From a virus (taxonomy: Duplodnaviria > Caudoviricetes), in IMG/VR virus record IMGVR_UViG_3300033565_000009, positions 1 through 41,838 of that record: DNA of 41,838 bases. The stretch is one strand, 5' to 3'. This document shows positions 1-8,302 of this stretch, piece by piece. The position numbers and the translations under genes were made by a program. The notes below the pieces were generated by a model that worked only from the letters and a program-made list of their open reading frames with translations, was not told the DNA's origin and ran no database searches. How positions within the stretch are numbered: position 1 is the stretch's first letter; the number at the start of each line of letters is the position of its first letter.

Positions 1-126
1 AAATCTTTCTTTTAGCCGGCTGATCTCGGCTGATAACTCGGTATTTTGCATTATATCACCAACTTTTTCTCGATCTCGGAAAACCAAAATCAAAAAGTCA
101 AAACTTCACTGTATGTCACATAAGGG
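1..126. repeat. Terminal direct repeat (circular assembly overlap), left copy; contains the 5' part of terS
   Basis: 1-126 is identical to 41614-41739. Confidence 0.97.
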
Positions 127-140
127 TCCACCCCCAGTCT
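120..140. other. Candidate cos site / physical genome end
   Basis: The terminal copy stops at the base equivalent to 126 and runs straight into adapter. The site lies between the HNH gene and terS, the usual cos position in HK97-like phages; G-rich ACTGGGGGTGGACCC on the minus strand. Confidence 0.5.
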
Positions 141-209
141 CAGTCTCCAGAATTATTTTGACAGGCCGGGGGGCATTCTTTAAACTTTTTAAATTGTTTC
201 TCGTTCATG

Positions 210-869
210 TTAATGTTCACTATATCTCTCCCACCATTCAATAATGTATTTCTCCCAGGCTTTGGGCTTTCCGCTGATCTCTAATCTCTTTAAGCATTCT
301 TCCTTAGTACTCTCACAGTGGATTAACTCAGCTCCCAGAGTCTGTGCTAATCTTTCACGTTCATACTTATCAGGGTACCCACCAATGACATAGGCATCGT
401 ACCACTGACCATAACGTGTCTTGATCTGATCCAGCAGTTCATCCCGCAGTTTAAATATATTGAACCTGCAGTTGTTTGGCTTGATGTATTCTGGCTGCAT
501 TGTTACTGCCTGCCATAGTGCATCCATATCCAGAACGATATCACCGTATTGCATCATCTGTCTTACCAAAGTGTTCTTGCCTGATAAAGGACTACCCCAC
601 ACAATATAAACATGCTGCTTATTACCAAAACGTCGATGTTCTTTGTTATGACAATTAAAGCAGATAATTTCAATTAATTCAGGATTAAGAGATATATTTG
701 GATCATCAACGTTTTCCTCTGTAAGTTCTATCTTATGATGACCAATAAGCTGGCTGAAGTCTTCTAATATTTCATTGCACCTTAAGCATTTGCCCTTAGC
801 TGCAATCTTTAGTGCATATGATAAATCCCGCCAATCCTTTGAACAGTAGAATAGATGTACCTTATCCAT
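210..869 (-). CDS. HNH endonuclease (packaging cofactor type) fused to a C-terminal P-loop domain
   Basis: CxxC...HH...CxxCH HNH motif, then Walker A-like GSPLSGKN; next to terS in the circular genome. Confidence 0.85.
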   Translation of the reverse strand: MDKVHLFYCSKDWRDLSYALKIAAKGKCLRCNEILEDFSQLIGHHKIELTEENVDDPNISLNPELIEIICFNCHNKEHRRFGNKQHVYIVWGSPLSGKNTLVRQMMQYGDIVLDMDALWQAVTMQPEYIKPNNCRFNIFKLRDELLDQIKTRYGQWYDAYVIGGYPDKYERERLAQTLGAELIHCESTKEECLKRLEISGKPKAWEKYIIEWWERYSEH

Positions 870-1610
870 TTACCAGTACTTCTTCCCATCGATTTCTTTT
901 TGATGCTCAAAACGATCTTTAGAAAGTTGCAGTTTATCCTCTGCAATCTTCCTTCGACTTTTAATCTCTGCCTCAGTGTTATTAACGTTCAGTTTAAGCT
1001 TTTCAGCCCGCAGCCTTTGTTCTTCTGTTACTGTATCCCAATTAGCATGAAGCATCTCATCATAGCGCTTTATCATGTTGGTTAACTGAGCCATTGCTGT
1101 TGATTGAGCTTTTAAGAAGGTTGCCTGTTTATCCCATGCAAACTGTATTTCATACTCTACAGAATCTATTTCCTTTCCTTCCATAGTCTTTTTAATTTCC
1201 TTGGTCATATCATTATGATCTTTAACATACATGATCTTTTGGCTGTTAATGATTGTAGCGAATTTAGTTTGGATGTTAACCCATAAGATATCTAACGGAT
1301 CCATTCCCTCGGTTAATTCTAGGATGCTTACAACTTTCTTAGGGAAGTATTTCGAATAGAATCCACGGATATAATGATTTTGGTTTGCTTCAGGAGCTCC
1401 CCCGCCTCTGTTGCCAACCGCGTTTTTATTTCCAAATGGAGCGCCCTTCTTACCTACTTTATCCTTCCATTTATCCTGAACACGCCAATTATTTATATTT
1501 CCTACCTTCTCATTTAGCTGCTTAGCAATTTCAACAGAAGTTATCCTACCGTTACTTTCTTTATATAGTTTAAATGCCATATCTCTGTTAGGACTTCTAG
1601 GTCTGCTCAT
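870..1610 (-). CDS. Terminase small subunit-like protein, YqaS/PBSX type
   Basis: N-terminal MSRPRSPNRD..AF.LY HTH and GAP.GNKNA.G...GAP motif typical of YqaS-like TerS. Confidence 0.75.
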   Translation of the reverse strand: MSRPRSPNRDMAFKLYKESNGRITSVEIAKQLNEKVGNINNWRVQDKWKDKVGKKGAPFGNKNAVGNRGGGAPEANQNHYIRGFYSKYFPKKVVSILELTEGMDPLDILWVNIQTKFATIINSQKIMYVKDHNDMTKEIKKTMEGKEIDSVEYEIQFAWDKQATFLKAQSTAMAQLTNMIKRYDEMLHANWDTVTEEQRLRAEKLKLNVNNTEAEIKSRRKIAEDKLQLSKDRFEHQKEIDGKKYW

Positions 1611-1772
1611 TCAGCTCACTCCATACGAAAATCATATAAATAATTTATATGAATCAGATAAAACAACATTTGAATCAACAACTGCTATCAGGTTCATTTG
1701 AGTTTGAATCGATTCGGTTTTTTATATTAATTCCTATTATCTCTTGACCAGCGTCGGGTTAATAATATTATG

Positions 1773-1819
1773 AAAAACTGCTTCTAAGCTCGGTTTATTC
1801 GGAGCTAGAAGCAGTTTTT
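1773..1819. terminator. Bidirectional intrinsic terminator-like hairpin
   Basis: AAAAACTGCTTCTA...TAGAAGCAGTTTTT inverted repeat. Confidence 0.65.
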
Positions 1820-1830
1820 TAACTACTCTC

Positions 1831-1940
1831 TGAATGTGCTATTTATATAGGGAATCGAACATTCAATAAATATTTTCCCTTCCTTAATATGTCTTATTTT
1901 TTATCCCATGAATGTTATATAAGTAAAAAATAAAGCATTC
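1831..1940. other. Two palindromic candidate tyrosine-recombinase sites (1831-1865, 1910-1940)
   Basis: TGAATGTGCTATT-N9-AATCGAACATTCA (11/13 IR) and GAATGTTATAT-N9-ATAAAGCATTC (9/11 IR), directly downstream of the recombinase gene. Confidence 0.45.
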
Positions 1941-1956
1941 GAAAGCACAAAATTTT

Positions 1957-2565
1957 TTATACCCTGATCAAGGTATTCAAAGTGTCACTAAATTTATCAT
2001 AAGTATCTCTATCCAGACCAATATATGCTTTTGTTTCCGCTTCACTTCTATGGCCCAGCATTTCTTTGACCAGAGTTATATTACATCCACTTTCAACATA
2101 GATCATATAGGCAAATGTCTTACGCATTGAATGAGCAGTGATATTATGTAAGCCAAATTCCTGCCCGGCCTGGTTAAGGATCCGGCTTACATGGCTGACT
2201 GTGATATGATTATTTTTACCCTTCCGGGACTGAAAGACATATTCATAATCCTTTTTATTTTTAATGAACTGTGAAAGCAACGCGTCCAGGTTCGTGATCA
2301 CCTTTACAGTCCTTGGCTTTATGTTTTCTTTTCTGATGTTTTTACTGTTTGCTTTTTTCCCTTCAAGGATTCTAAAATATCCGTTGTTTAAGGATTCTTT
2401 GATATCCCTGACTTTTAACTCCACCAAATCACCTGCACGATAACCAGTAGAAATACCTGTAACAAAAAGGATACCATCACGCTGGTTTCTAGCGTTAAGA
2501 TAATCCTGAATATCCAGGACTGTTGCTTTATCTTTAATTGGCTTTGCAGGTTGTTTGGTATTCAT
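1957..2565 (-). CDS. Small tyrosine recombinase (catalytic domain only)
   Basis: GYRAGDL (R), HSMRKT (HxxR), LGH, catalytic Y in TKAYI; 202 aa. Confidence 0.92.
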   Translation of the reverse strand: MNTKQPAKPIKDKATVLDIQDYLNARNQRDGILFVTGISTGYRAGDLVELKVRDIKESLNNGYFRILEGKKANSKNIRKENIKPRTVKVITNLDALLSQFIKNKKDYEYVFQSRKGKNNHITVSHVSRILNQAGQEFGLHNITAHSMRKTFAYMIYVESGCNITLVKEMLGHRSEAETKAYIGLDRDTYDKFSDTLNTLIRV

Positions 2566-2593
2566 TTCCTCAAGTCCAATCTTTAGATTTTAT

Positions 2594-2646
2594 TTATTAA
2601 TCAAAAAGCCCTAGACCATTTTTGTCCAGGGCTTTTTGATTAATAA
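2594..2646. terminator. Long palindrome with perfect 19-bp arms; bidirectional terminator-like
   Basis: TTATTAATCAAAAAGCCCT (2594-2612) / AGGGCTTTTTGATTAATAA (2628-2646). Confidence 0.7.
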
Positions 2647-2651
2647 TAAAT

Positions 2652-2686
2652 AAAAAATCGGCACCACTAATTATAGTGACACCGAT
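2652..2686 (-). terminator. Intrinsic terminator just downstream of the putative late promoter
   Basis: ATCGGTGTCACTA-TAAT-TAGTGGTGCCGAT followed by a T run on the minus strand. Confidence 0.7.
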
Positions 2687-2693
2687 ATGTATT

Positions 2694-2722
2694 ATAATAA
2701 CTCTATCAAGAGTATAAGTCAA
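2694..2722 (-). promoter_or_regulatory. SigA-type promoter (putative late promoter)
   Basis: TTGACT-17 bp-TATTAT. Confidence 0.65.
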
Positions 2723-2728
2723 CTAGTT

Positions 2729-3034
2729 TTATGGGTATGGACTTAAATATTTCTTACTAATTGAAGTCTGCCGTCTCTGTGGCTTCTTCCTATTCCGGCC
2801 TTTACTGCTTTTTCCGTGCCCCACTGCCCCGCCAAGAAATGTTTCGCCATTACTATTGCTATGATGAACCTGAGTTGAAAAAATACCCTCTCTCCACTCC
2901 CCATGACCGCGAGGGCAGGAGAATATGCCTGGCTCGTTCTCTTCCAGTCTTCTTCCGCACTTCGAACACAGCCTCATCTTTTCCGGTTGCTTGGTTCCGC
3001 TTGCCACCAGCCCCGATTCAGCGAAAAAAGCCAT
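2729..3034 (-). CDS. Small zinc-ribbon protein with basic tail
   Basis: CSKC...CPRGH motif; SD GAGAGG upstream. Confidence 0.65.
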   Translation of the reverse strand: MAFFAESGLVASGTKQPEKMRLCSKCGRRLEENEPGIFSCPRGHGEWREGIFSTQVHHSNSNGETFLGGAVGHGKSSKGRNRKKPQRRQTSISKKYLSPYP

Positions 3035-3101
3035 CCTCTCACCCCTCCTAATTTCTTACCTTCCCCATCTATTTGCGCATAATCTTTGTAATGCGCAGCA
3101 A

Positions 3102-4226
3102 CTACATTGCCGCCAGATCAAACAGATCCAACTGTTTTGCTCGTTGCCGTGCCCGTGGTGCTGACCCCTCGTCGATCCGCCTAGCCGCTTTGTACTCGTT
3201 GTACTGCTGACGGTATCTATAGCTGTCCCCAAACACGTTCCACGCAGCTTTTACCAAATTGGGCTCAAAGGGCCGTATCTTTTCTAAATCATCTACCGCT
3301 TTCGCCGATATGGAGCACCCGCAGCAGCCTGTGCGCGTCAATCCGTATACCTCGTAGGCATCCGAATAGCGGATTTTGTAGTAATTCTTATACCATTGCT
3401 TATCTGCGTCCGACACATAATACAATGGCCGGAGTCTGTATTTCCCGTCAGCCGTTTCGGAAAAGCACATGGACGTATTATCCTTGCGCGGCACAGATCG
3501 CATACCGCCCTCGTCTCTGCGTTCCCCCGTGATTACCATATCAAACGGCTTTTGGGCGCGGTGTGCCACTTGCTTTTTGCAGTAATCGCAGCATTTATCG
3601 CTTACTTTAAACGGGATTGGATTCTCAATAATAAAGTCGAGCATATATTTTGACGAGTTTATGACGAGCTGGATATCTGGCCGTGGTTCACCGGCAGAAT
3701 TGCACCCGCACAGGAAGTTTATTGTCGATTCACACTTCGGGTAGCGTTCTTTAAGCTCTGCCCGCTTTGCCGCCTTATCCTCTGCATTTGCGTATTCTGC
3801 GGCGATTGACAACGGAATGTTTTTCTTCTGAACACCCTCTAATCCGCTTGACATGATTTTTGAAACAAACGGCAGCCCATATTCCCTTGTAGCCTGTATT
3901 ATGTTCTTTTTAGGCCGATGGGTGGTGATTGTGATACCGTACATCTCCTCCATATGGCGGACTTGGCGTTTTGTCGCCTCCATCTCCAAGCCTGTGTTAA
4001 AAAAGCAGTATTGAACCGGTGGAAGATTGAAGATTTTGCGCACCATCTCGATCAGGTGTAGCAGGATATCGCTGTCACTCCCACCAGAATAGGAGCAGAT
4101 CGCGTTCGGGTGCTCAACCAGTCTTTTTGCGATTATGCTAATAATGGCCCTAAATTTTGCTGGCGCGTCAAAATCCGCATAATCCGGTCGGTCTGTGTAT
4201 ACCTTGCTTTTGAACGTGGTTTTCAT
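3102..4226 (-). CDS. PAPS reductase family (CysH/DndC-like) protein
   Basis: PP-loop SYSGGSDS, CCDYCKK, TGERRDE, RTGCCGC; start moved to MKTTFK after SD GAGGGG. Confidence 0.85.
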   Translation of the reverse strand: MKTTFKSKVYTDRPDYADFDAPAKFRAIISIIAKRLVEHPNAICSYSGGSDSDILLHLIEMVRKIFNLPPVQYCFFNTGLEMEATKRQVRHMEEMYGITITTHRPKKNIIQATREYGLPFVSKIMSSGLEGVQKKNIPLSIAAEYANAEDKAAKRAELKERYPKCESTINFLCGCNSAGEPRPDIQLVINSSKYMLDFIIENPIPFKVSDKCCDYCKKQVAHRAQKPFDMVITGERRDEGGMRSVPRKDNTSMCFSETADGKYRLRPLYYVSDADKQWYKNYYKIRYSDAYEVYGLTRTGCCGCSISAKAVDDLEKIRPFEPNLVKAAWNVFGDSYRYRQQYNEYKAARRIDEGSAPRARQRAKQLDLFDLAAM

Positions 4227-4272
4227 AGATGTTCCCCTCCCCTCATGCTGCGCAGTTTTTACAGACTGCACA

Positions 4273-4842
4273 CTACCCGATCTTCTGCAGCCGATCCCCG
4301 GGCAAGCAACACAGCTGCTGCATGATTAACTGGATGTCATAATCAATTGTCTCGGGCTTGCTATTAATCCTCTTAATGCGGCTATTGATTAGCTGTTTTT
4401 TGGTTTCCAATGCCTTAAGCCATTGCCGGGCCCTTAGAATTTTCCTGTCTACCTCCGCAAGCTTTCTTTCCTGAACATTATTTTTCCGGGCTGCTACTTC
4501 CTGAGCTTCTATTAAAAGCCTTTGCTGCCGTTGGATCTCCGCAACCAGGTTCTTAATTATCTTCCTTGATGATCGCTGCGGGAGATTAAATTTAACCCGA
4601 TAAAGTGTACGGATATATCCACCTCGGCTGATCAAAATAATATCATCATGGATATAATAATCACTCGGTGCATGCTTTGGGTCTATCTTTCCGTGATATA
4701 GAAAAGTACTCTCCTTTACAAATATTTTGATGTATCCCTGGATCTCTTCTTTGTTCTCTGCTAGGTATGCTGGGATGCTCTTAGTCGGCATCCCAATTAT
4801 CCTTTCGCAATATCTTTTGCAAGCGTGGTCCGTGCCTATCAA
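4273..4842 (-). CDS. Hypothetical protein (N-terminal T-D-H-A-x-x-R-Y motif, C-terminal coiled coil)
   Basis: 189-aa ORF with SD, colinear in the early operon. Confidence 0.7.
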   Translation of the reverse strand: MIGTDHACKRYCERIIGMPTKSIPAYLAENKEEIQGYIKIFVKESTFLYHGKIDPKHAPSDYYIHDDIILISRGGYIRTLYRVKFNLPQRSSRKIIKNLVAEIQRQQRLLIEAQEVAARKNNVQERKLAEVDRKILRARQWLKALETKKQLINSRIKRINSKPETIDYDIQLIMQQLCCLPGDRLQKIG

Positions 4843-4885
4843 TTACATCTCCCCCTTATTCCTCCCTTACTTAACCGGTTTATAT

Positions 4886-5707
4886 TTATGTTACCCTCCA
4901 GTCTTTTCCCTCAATTTCGTATTGTCCTGCCAGTCCGCCAGCTCCCCATATGCGACTTGTGAGAGCCCCACCTAACCTGCCAACCATTTCCCCACCATCT
5001 AAATTTGTGGTAAATATCGTACTTTTGTGATGTTCTACCCGATGATCAATGACCATATACAACTTTTCCAAAACCCAATCTGTTGGGTTTTCAGTACCAA
5101 TATCATCAATCAATAACAGATCAACATCTTGCATAATATCAAGGATCTCAGATTCAGCTTCCCGATCAGTGCGATAAGTTATTTTTATTCGCTTGAGCAG
5201 ATCAACACACTTTAACGCCAGCACGACAAATCCATTATCTTTCTGATCACGAGCACATGATACTGCCAGGTGGGTTTTACCTCTACCTTGGAGACCAAAT
5301 AAAATAATACTGTTTTCGCCTGTTTTAAAATTTTTCAAAGCTTTTAAAGCAGTCTGTTGGCTTATATTCTCAGATTTGTATGTTGCAAAACTCATATGTG
5401 AAAAACCTTGGCTACTTATCATGTCATAGTTCTGGAAATAATAATGCACCCGGCTCCGTAGTTGATCTTTTTTATCCTGCTGACGTTTCAATAACTGCTG
5501 CTGGTTAATGTCCTTCGTCATACATAGACATGGTTTACGTTCTGTGCCCATCCATTTATCAGGGGTAACATAAACACGTTCGTTGTAAGATGATCCACAC
5601 ACATCGCATACCAGCTCATACATGCTGATTAATGAATACCCCCAAGGTAACTGCTCAAAATTTGGATTGATATCAACCTCTATAGGCTCTTGAAGTGTTT
5701 GTGGCAT
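4886..5707 (-). CDS. DnaC/IstB-like ATPase (helicase loader)
   Basis: Walker A GLQGRGKT, Walker B LLLIDD, TIFTTN, SRI; follows the initiator gene. Confidence 0.9.
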   Translation of the reverse strand: MPQTLQEPIEVDINPNFEQLPWGYSLISMYELVCDVCGSSYNERVYVTPDKWMGTERKPCLCMTKDINQQQLLKRQQDKKDQLRSRVHYYFQNYDMISSQGFSHMSFATYKSENISQQTALKALKNFKTGENSIILFGLQGRGKTHLAVSCARDQKDNGFVVLALKCVDLLKRIKITYRTDREAESEILDIMQDVDLLLIDDIGTENPTDWVLEKLYMVIDHRVEHHKSTIFTTNLDGGEMVGRLGGALTSRIWGAGGLAGQYEIEGKDWRVT

Positions 5708-6389
5708 TATTAATATTCACCACCTTAGATTTATTACCGTCCCAATTAAGGGCATTTTTACACCAATTTCTTATTTGAGACCGTGGATTACTTTTCTTTT
5801 TGAGAGGTTTACCGATAAGCCATGTTGACCATGCTTTTACCTGCTCCAATACGTCCAGTGTTGGAAATTCAACAAGTAAAGATCTGATAAAATTAAGGTC
5901 CTTTTCAAAATTAAAAGGATAATCAGGAACGTTTTTTAAGGTTTGAAGTATGACCCGCTCGGAGTCAGCAAGATCATCAAAAAGAATAACATCGTTTTGT
6001 TTTATTTCGTTTAGTTTATTTAATGTGGCACTATTGTCGGCACAGTTGTCGGTATAACTGTCGGCACAGTTGTCGGTATAACTGTCGGCACTATTTGCCT
6101 GCAATTCTGCTGACAATGAAATAAGATGATAAATAGCAGATTGGTTACCTTTCCTTTGTCGCCATTCAATACGACCTTTTAGTTTTAATTCATTCCGGGC
6201 TTCGGTTACTCCCCTTGGGGACAACCCAGTCTTTACGCATAACACCGATACGGCCACCGCAAACTCATCTGCCCATGCTGCCTTGTTGTTTATGTGCAAT
6301 AAACCATGCCATAAAGCAATCGCAGATAGTGACAACCGGTTTGTTTCGAGCCAATCATAGAATGCGTTAATCTCCCGGATATAGTTCAT
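5673..6389 (-). CDS. Phage replication initiator (DnaD-like N-terminal winged helix)
   Basis: MNYIREINAFYDWL..LW..L..INNK..W family-type start, internal iterons, upstream of DnaC-like gene; start moved to 6389. Confidence 0.8.
   Translation of the reverse strand: MNYIREINAFYDWLETNRLSLSAIALWHGLLHINNKAAWADEFAVAVSVLCVKTGLSPRGVTEARNELKLKGRIEWRQRKGNQSAIYHLISLSAELQANSADSYTDNCADSYTDNCADNSATLNKLNEIKQNDVILFDDLADSERVILQTLKNVPDYPFNFEKDLNFIRSLLVEFPTLDVLEQVKAWSTWLIGKPLKKKSNPRSQIRNWCKNALNWDGNKSKVVNINNATNTSRAYRG
6024..6094. repeat. Iterons / replication origin inside the initiator gene
   Basis: TGTCGG every 12 bp (6035, 6047, 6059, 6071, 6083); 24-bp unit repeated 2.5 times, next to an AT-rich tract. Confidence 0.8.
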
Positions 6390-6393
6390 ACTT

Positions 6394-6585
6394 TTATCCC
6401 CTCCTCTCAAACCTAACATTCCCCCTGGGTACCACCACGGTACCCAGCTCAGTCTCAACCAGTACGTTTTTAGGTCCGCCCCTTCTCCCGGCAGCGATAG
6501 CATGACCTCTTAAATCTCTCCACTTTGGATCAGGGGCGGTGTTTTTAATTGCATAATGAATAAGGCAGGGTGTTCTCATGATCAT
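6394..6585 (-). CDS. Hypothetical protein
   Basis: Short ORF filling the gap between the MTase and the initiator. Confidence 0.6.
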   Translation of the reverse strand: MIMRTPCLIHYAIKNTAPDPKWRDLRGHAIAAGRRGGPKNVLVETELGTVVVPRGNVRFERRG

Positions 6586-8302
6586 TCACCACCCAAATAC
6601 CAGATGCACTCAGTCTCCAGTCATCGTTAAATTCACTGGCCAGGAACGATGTCAATATCTCTTCTGCAATAGCATCGGCCGCAGGTGGCGGTACCGCATT
6701 GCCTATTCTTTCCCGCCATCTGGCATCACTATTGCCGGCCAGAGTCAGAGGGCTGCCATCGCTCAATGTCTGTGGAAATCCTTGCAACATAGCCAGCTCG
6801 AATGTTGTTAAAGGTCTATGCCACGTACCATCCAACGCGATGATCACCGGTGGCGGGTCAAGGATTTCACTGTCTTTTGGGATACGTGGATCAGCTATGG
6901 CAGCTGCTCCGGAATGAATATCACCGGCGCCAATTACTGTACTTGACGGCTTGTCCCATCTTTGGACTCCATAACTACCGTTCCGACAGCTGCAGCCCAG
7001 GCGGGGATCGGCTACCGTAACCGCTCCATTACTTGGAGATACTCCAGATGTAACTGTCCCGCCAGCCTCATTCCATGGCGTGACTCGATAAGAATGATTG
7101 AATTTTTCAATTCTGGAATCTGCGATAGATTGAGCTCCACTTTGAATATCCGGGGTACCTGTCACCGTAGTCGCTGGATCATTCCAGTTTAAAACCTTTC
7201 TTTTATTGGAATATCCTCCGGACACCCTCGGATCATTTACAACAATGGCACCGTTATTCGGGCCTGCAGCGCCGGTTACCGTATTGCCCGTTTCTTCCCA
7301 GGGGCTAACTTTATAAATTGATTTATGAGTACTATTATGGTCCAGGTTTATTCTCGGATCTGAAATCGCAGACACCCCATTGCTATGACCGATTCTTGCT
7401 GATCCCACAATCGTTCCAGCAGTTTCATCCCAATTCGCGACTTGCCAGCCGCCGGGCCTCGGTACATATTCAAGGCCATAATTACCAGTGTTCTCAAGGT
7501 CCCTCCAATCTCCTCCGGCCGGGATCAGTGCCAACCGCACCCATGTTTTCCATTGCAGCCGTGGCAGCCGGTGCATAGGTCCCATAGTAGGATCATCAGG
7601 CATAGGCAACGGTCCGATCACTTCGCCGATGGATTTAACCCGCTGCGTATGCGGCCGATAAATAAAGCTGCTCATCTTTTCCGGCAACCTGGATTGAAGC
7701 AGATAACGTTTTCTATGTTGGCCTAAGCCTCCAAGTTGGCCGCAATCATGATATCCCTCGTGGAATAAATAGCCATAAGTACCGAGCAAATTCTTTACCT
7801 GTTTTAAAAGGAACTCACCCCGGCTGGTAATCCGTGGCACGTTCTCGATCATGATTACTGCCGGCAAATTATCTGCAAAGGCTTCAAGTACCAGCTGCAA
7901 ACCACGTATAACCAGTTGATTAAGCGCCTGATATTTATCAGACTTGGATTTTTCACTAGGCAGCAAGCCAGAGAATCCTTTGCATGGAGGCGAAAGGAAT
8001 ATCATATCCGGATACTCTCCGCCGACTGCAGCAATAAGATCATCAGCTGTTACTTCTCGCCAACCTTCCGGTGGTTCTTTTCCGTGGAATGCTATATATT
8101 GCTCCCTGGTAAAAAGATCCATCAGAACTGCCGGGGCCCCGGTAATCGCTTCAAAGTCCTGACATGATTCAGGGTCACAATCGATTCCGGCCAGGGTGCG
8201 GAAGCTGCCAACCAATCCCCGGTACTCAGCTTTTGCCTGTTGGAAGCCTAAGGCGGCGCCTCCCAGGCCACAGAATAAATGTAATGCTTTATATTCTTTC
8301 AA
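6545..8302 (-). CDS. DNA cytosine-C5 methyltransferase with five tandem TRD-like repeats
   Basis: Motifs LFCGLGG (I), SPPCKGFS (IV), ENV (VI), QHRKR (VIII), R.L...E...LQGFP and IGNAVPP (IX-X); TTG start overlaps the upstream TGA. Confidence 0.92.
   Translation of the reverse strand: MKEYKALHLFCGLGGAALGFQQAKAEYRGLVGSFRTLAGIDCDPESCQDFEAITGAPAVLMDLFTREQYIAFHGKEPPEGWREVTADDLIAAVGGEYPDMIFLSPPCKGFSGLLPSEKSKSDKYQALNQLVIRGLQLVLEAFADNLPAVIMIENVPRITSRGEFLLKQVKNLLGTYGYLFHEGYHDCGQLGGLGQHRKRYLLQSRLPEKMSSFIYRPHTQRVKSIGEVIGPLPMPDDPTMGPMHRLPRLQWKTWVRLALIPAGGDWRDLENTGNYGLEYVPRPGGWQVANWDETAGTIVGSARIGHSNGVSAISDPRINLDHNSTHKSIYKVSPWEETGNTVTGAAGPNNGAIVVNDPRVSGGYSNKRKVLNWNDPATTVTGTPDIQSGAQSIADSRIEKFNHSYRVTPWNEAGGTVTSGVSPSNGAVTVADPRLGCSCRNGSYGVQRWDKPSSTVIGAGDIHSGAAAIADPRIPKDSEILDPPPVIIALDGTWHRPLTTFELAMLQGFPQTLSDGSPLTLAGNSDARWRERIGNAVPPPAADAIAEEILTSFLASEFNDDWRLSASGIWVVNDHENTLPYSLCN

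Noticed and set aside
1-126. Biological direct terminal repeat (T7-like)
   Set aside because: The left edge falls inside terS and the terminase is cos-type, so an assembly overlap is more likely.
1645-1720. TGAATC repeats upstream of the YqaS-like gene
   Set aside because: Short, irregularly spaced and in AT-rich DNA; cannot be told from chance by eye.
6035-6094. Protein repeat (DSYTDNCA) as a novel domain
   Set aside because: Explained by origin iterons inside the initiator gene, a standard arrangement.
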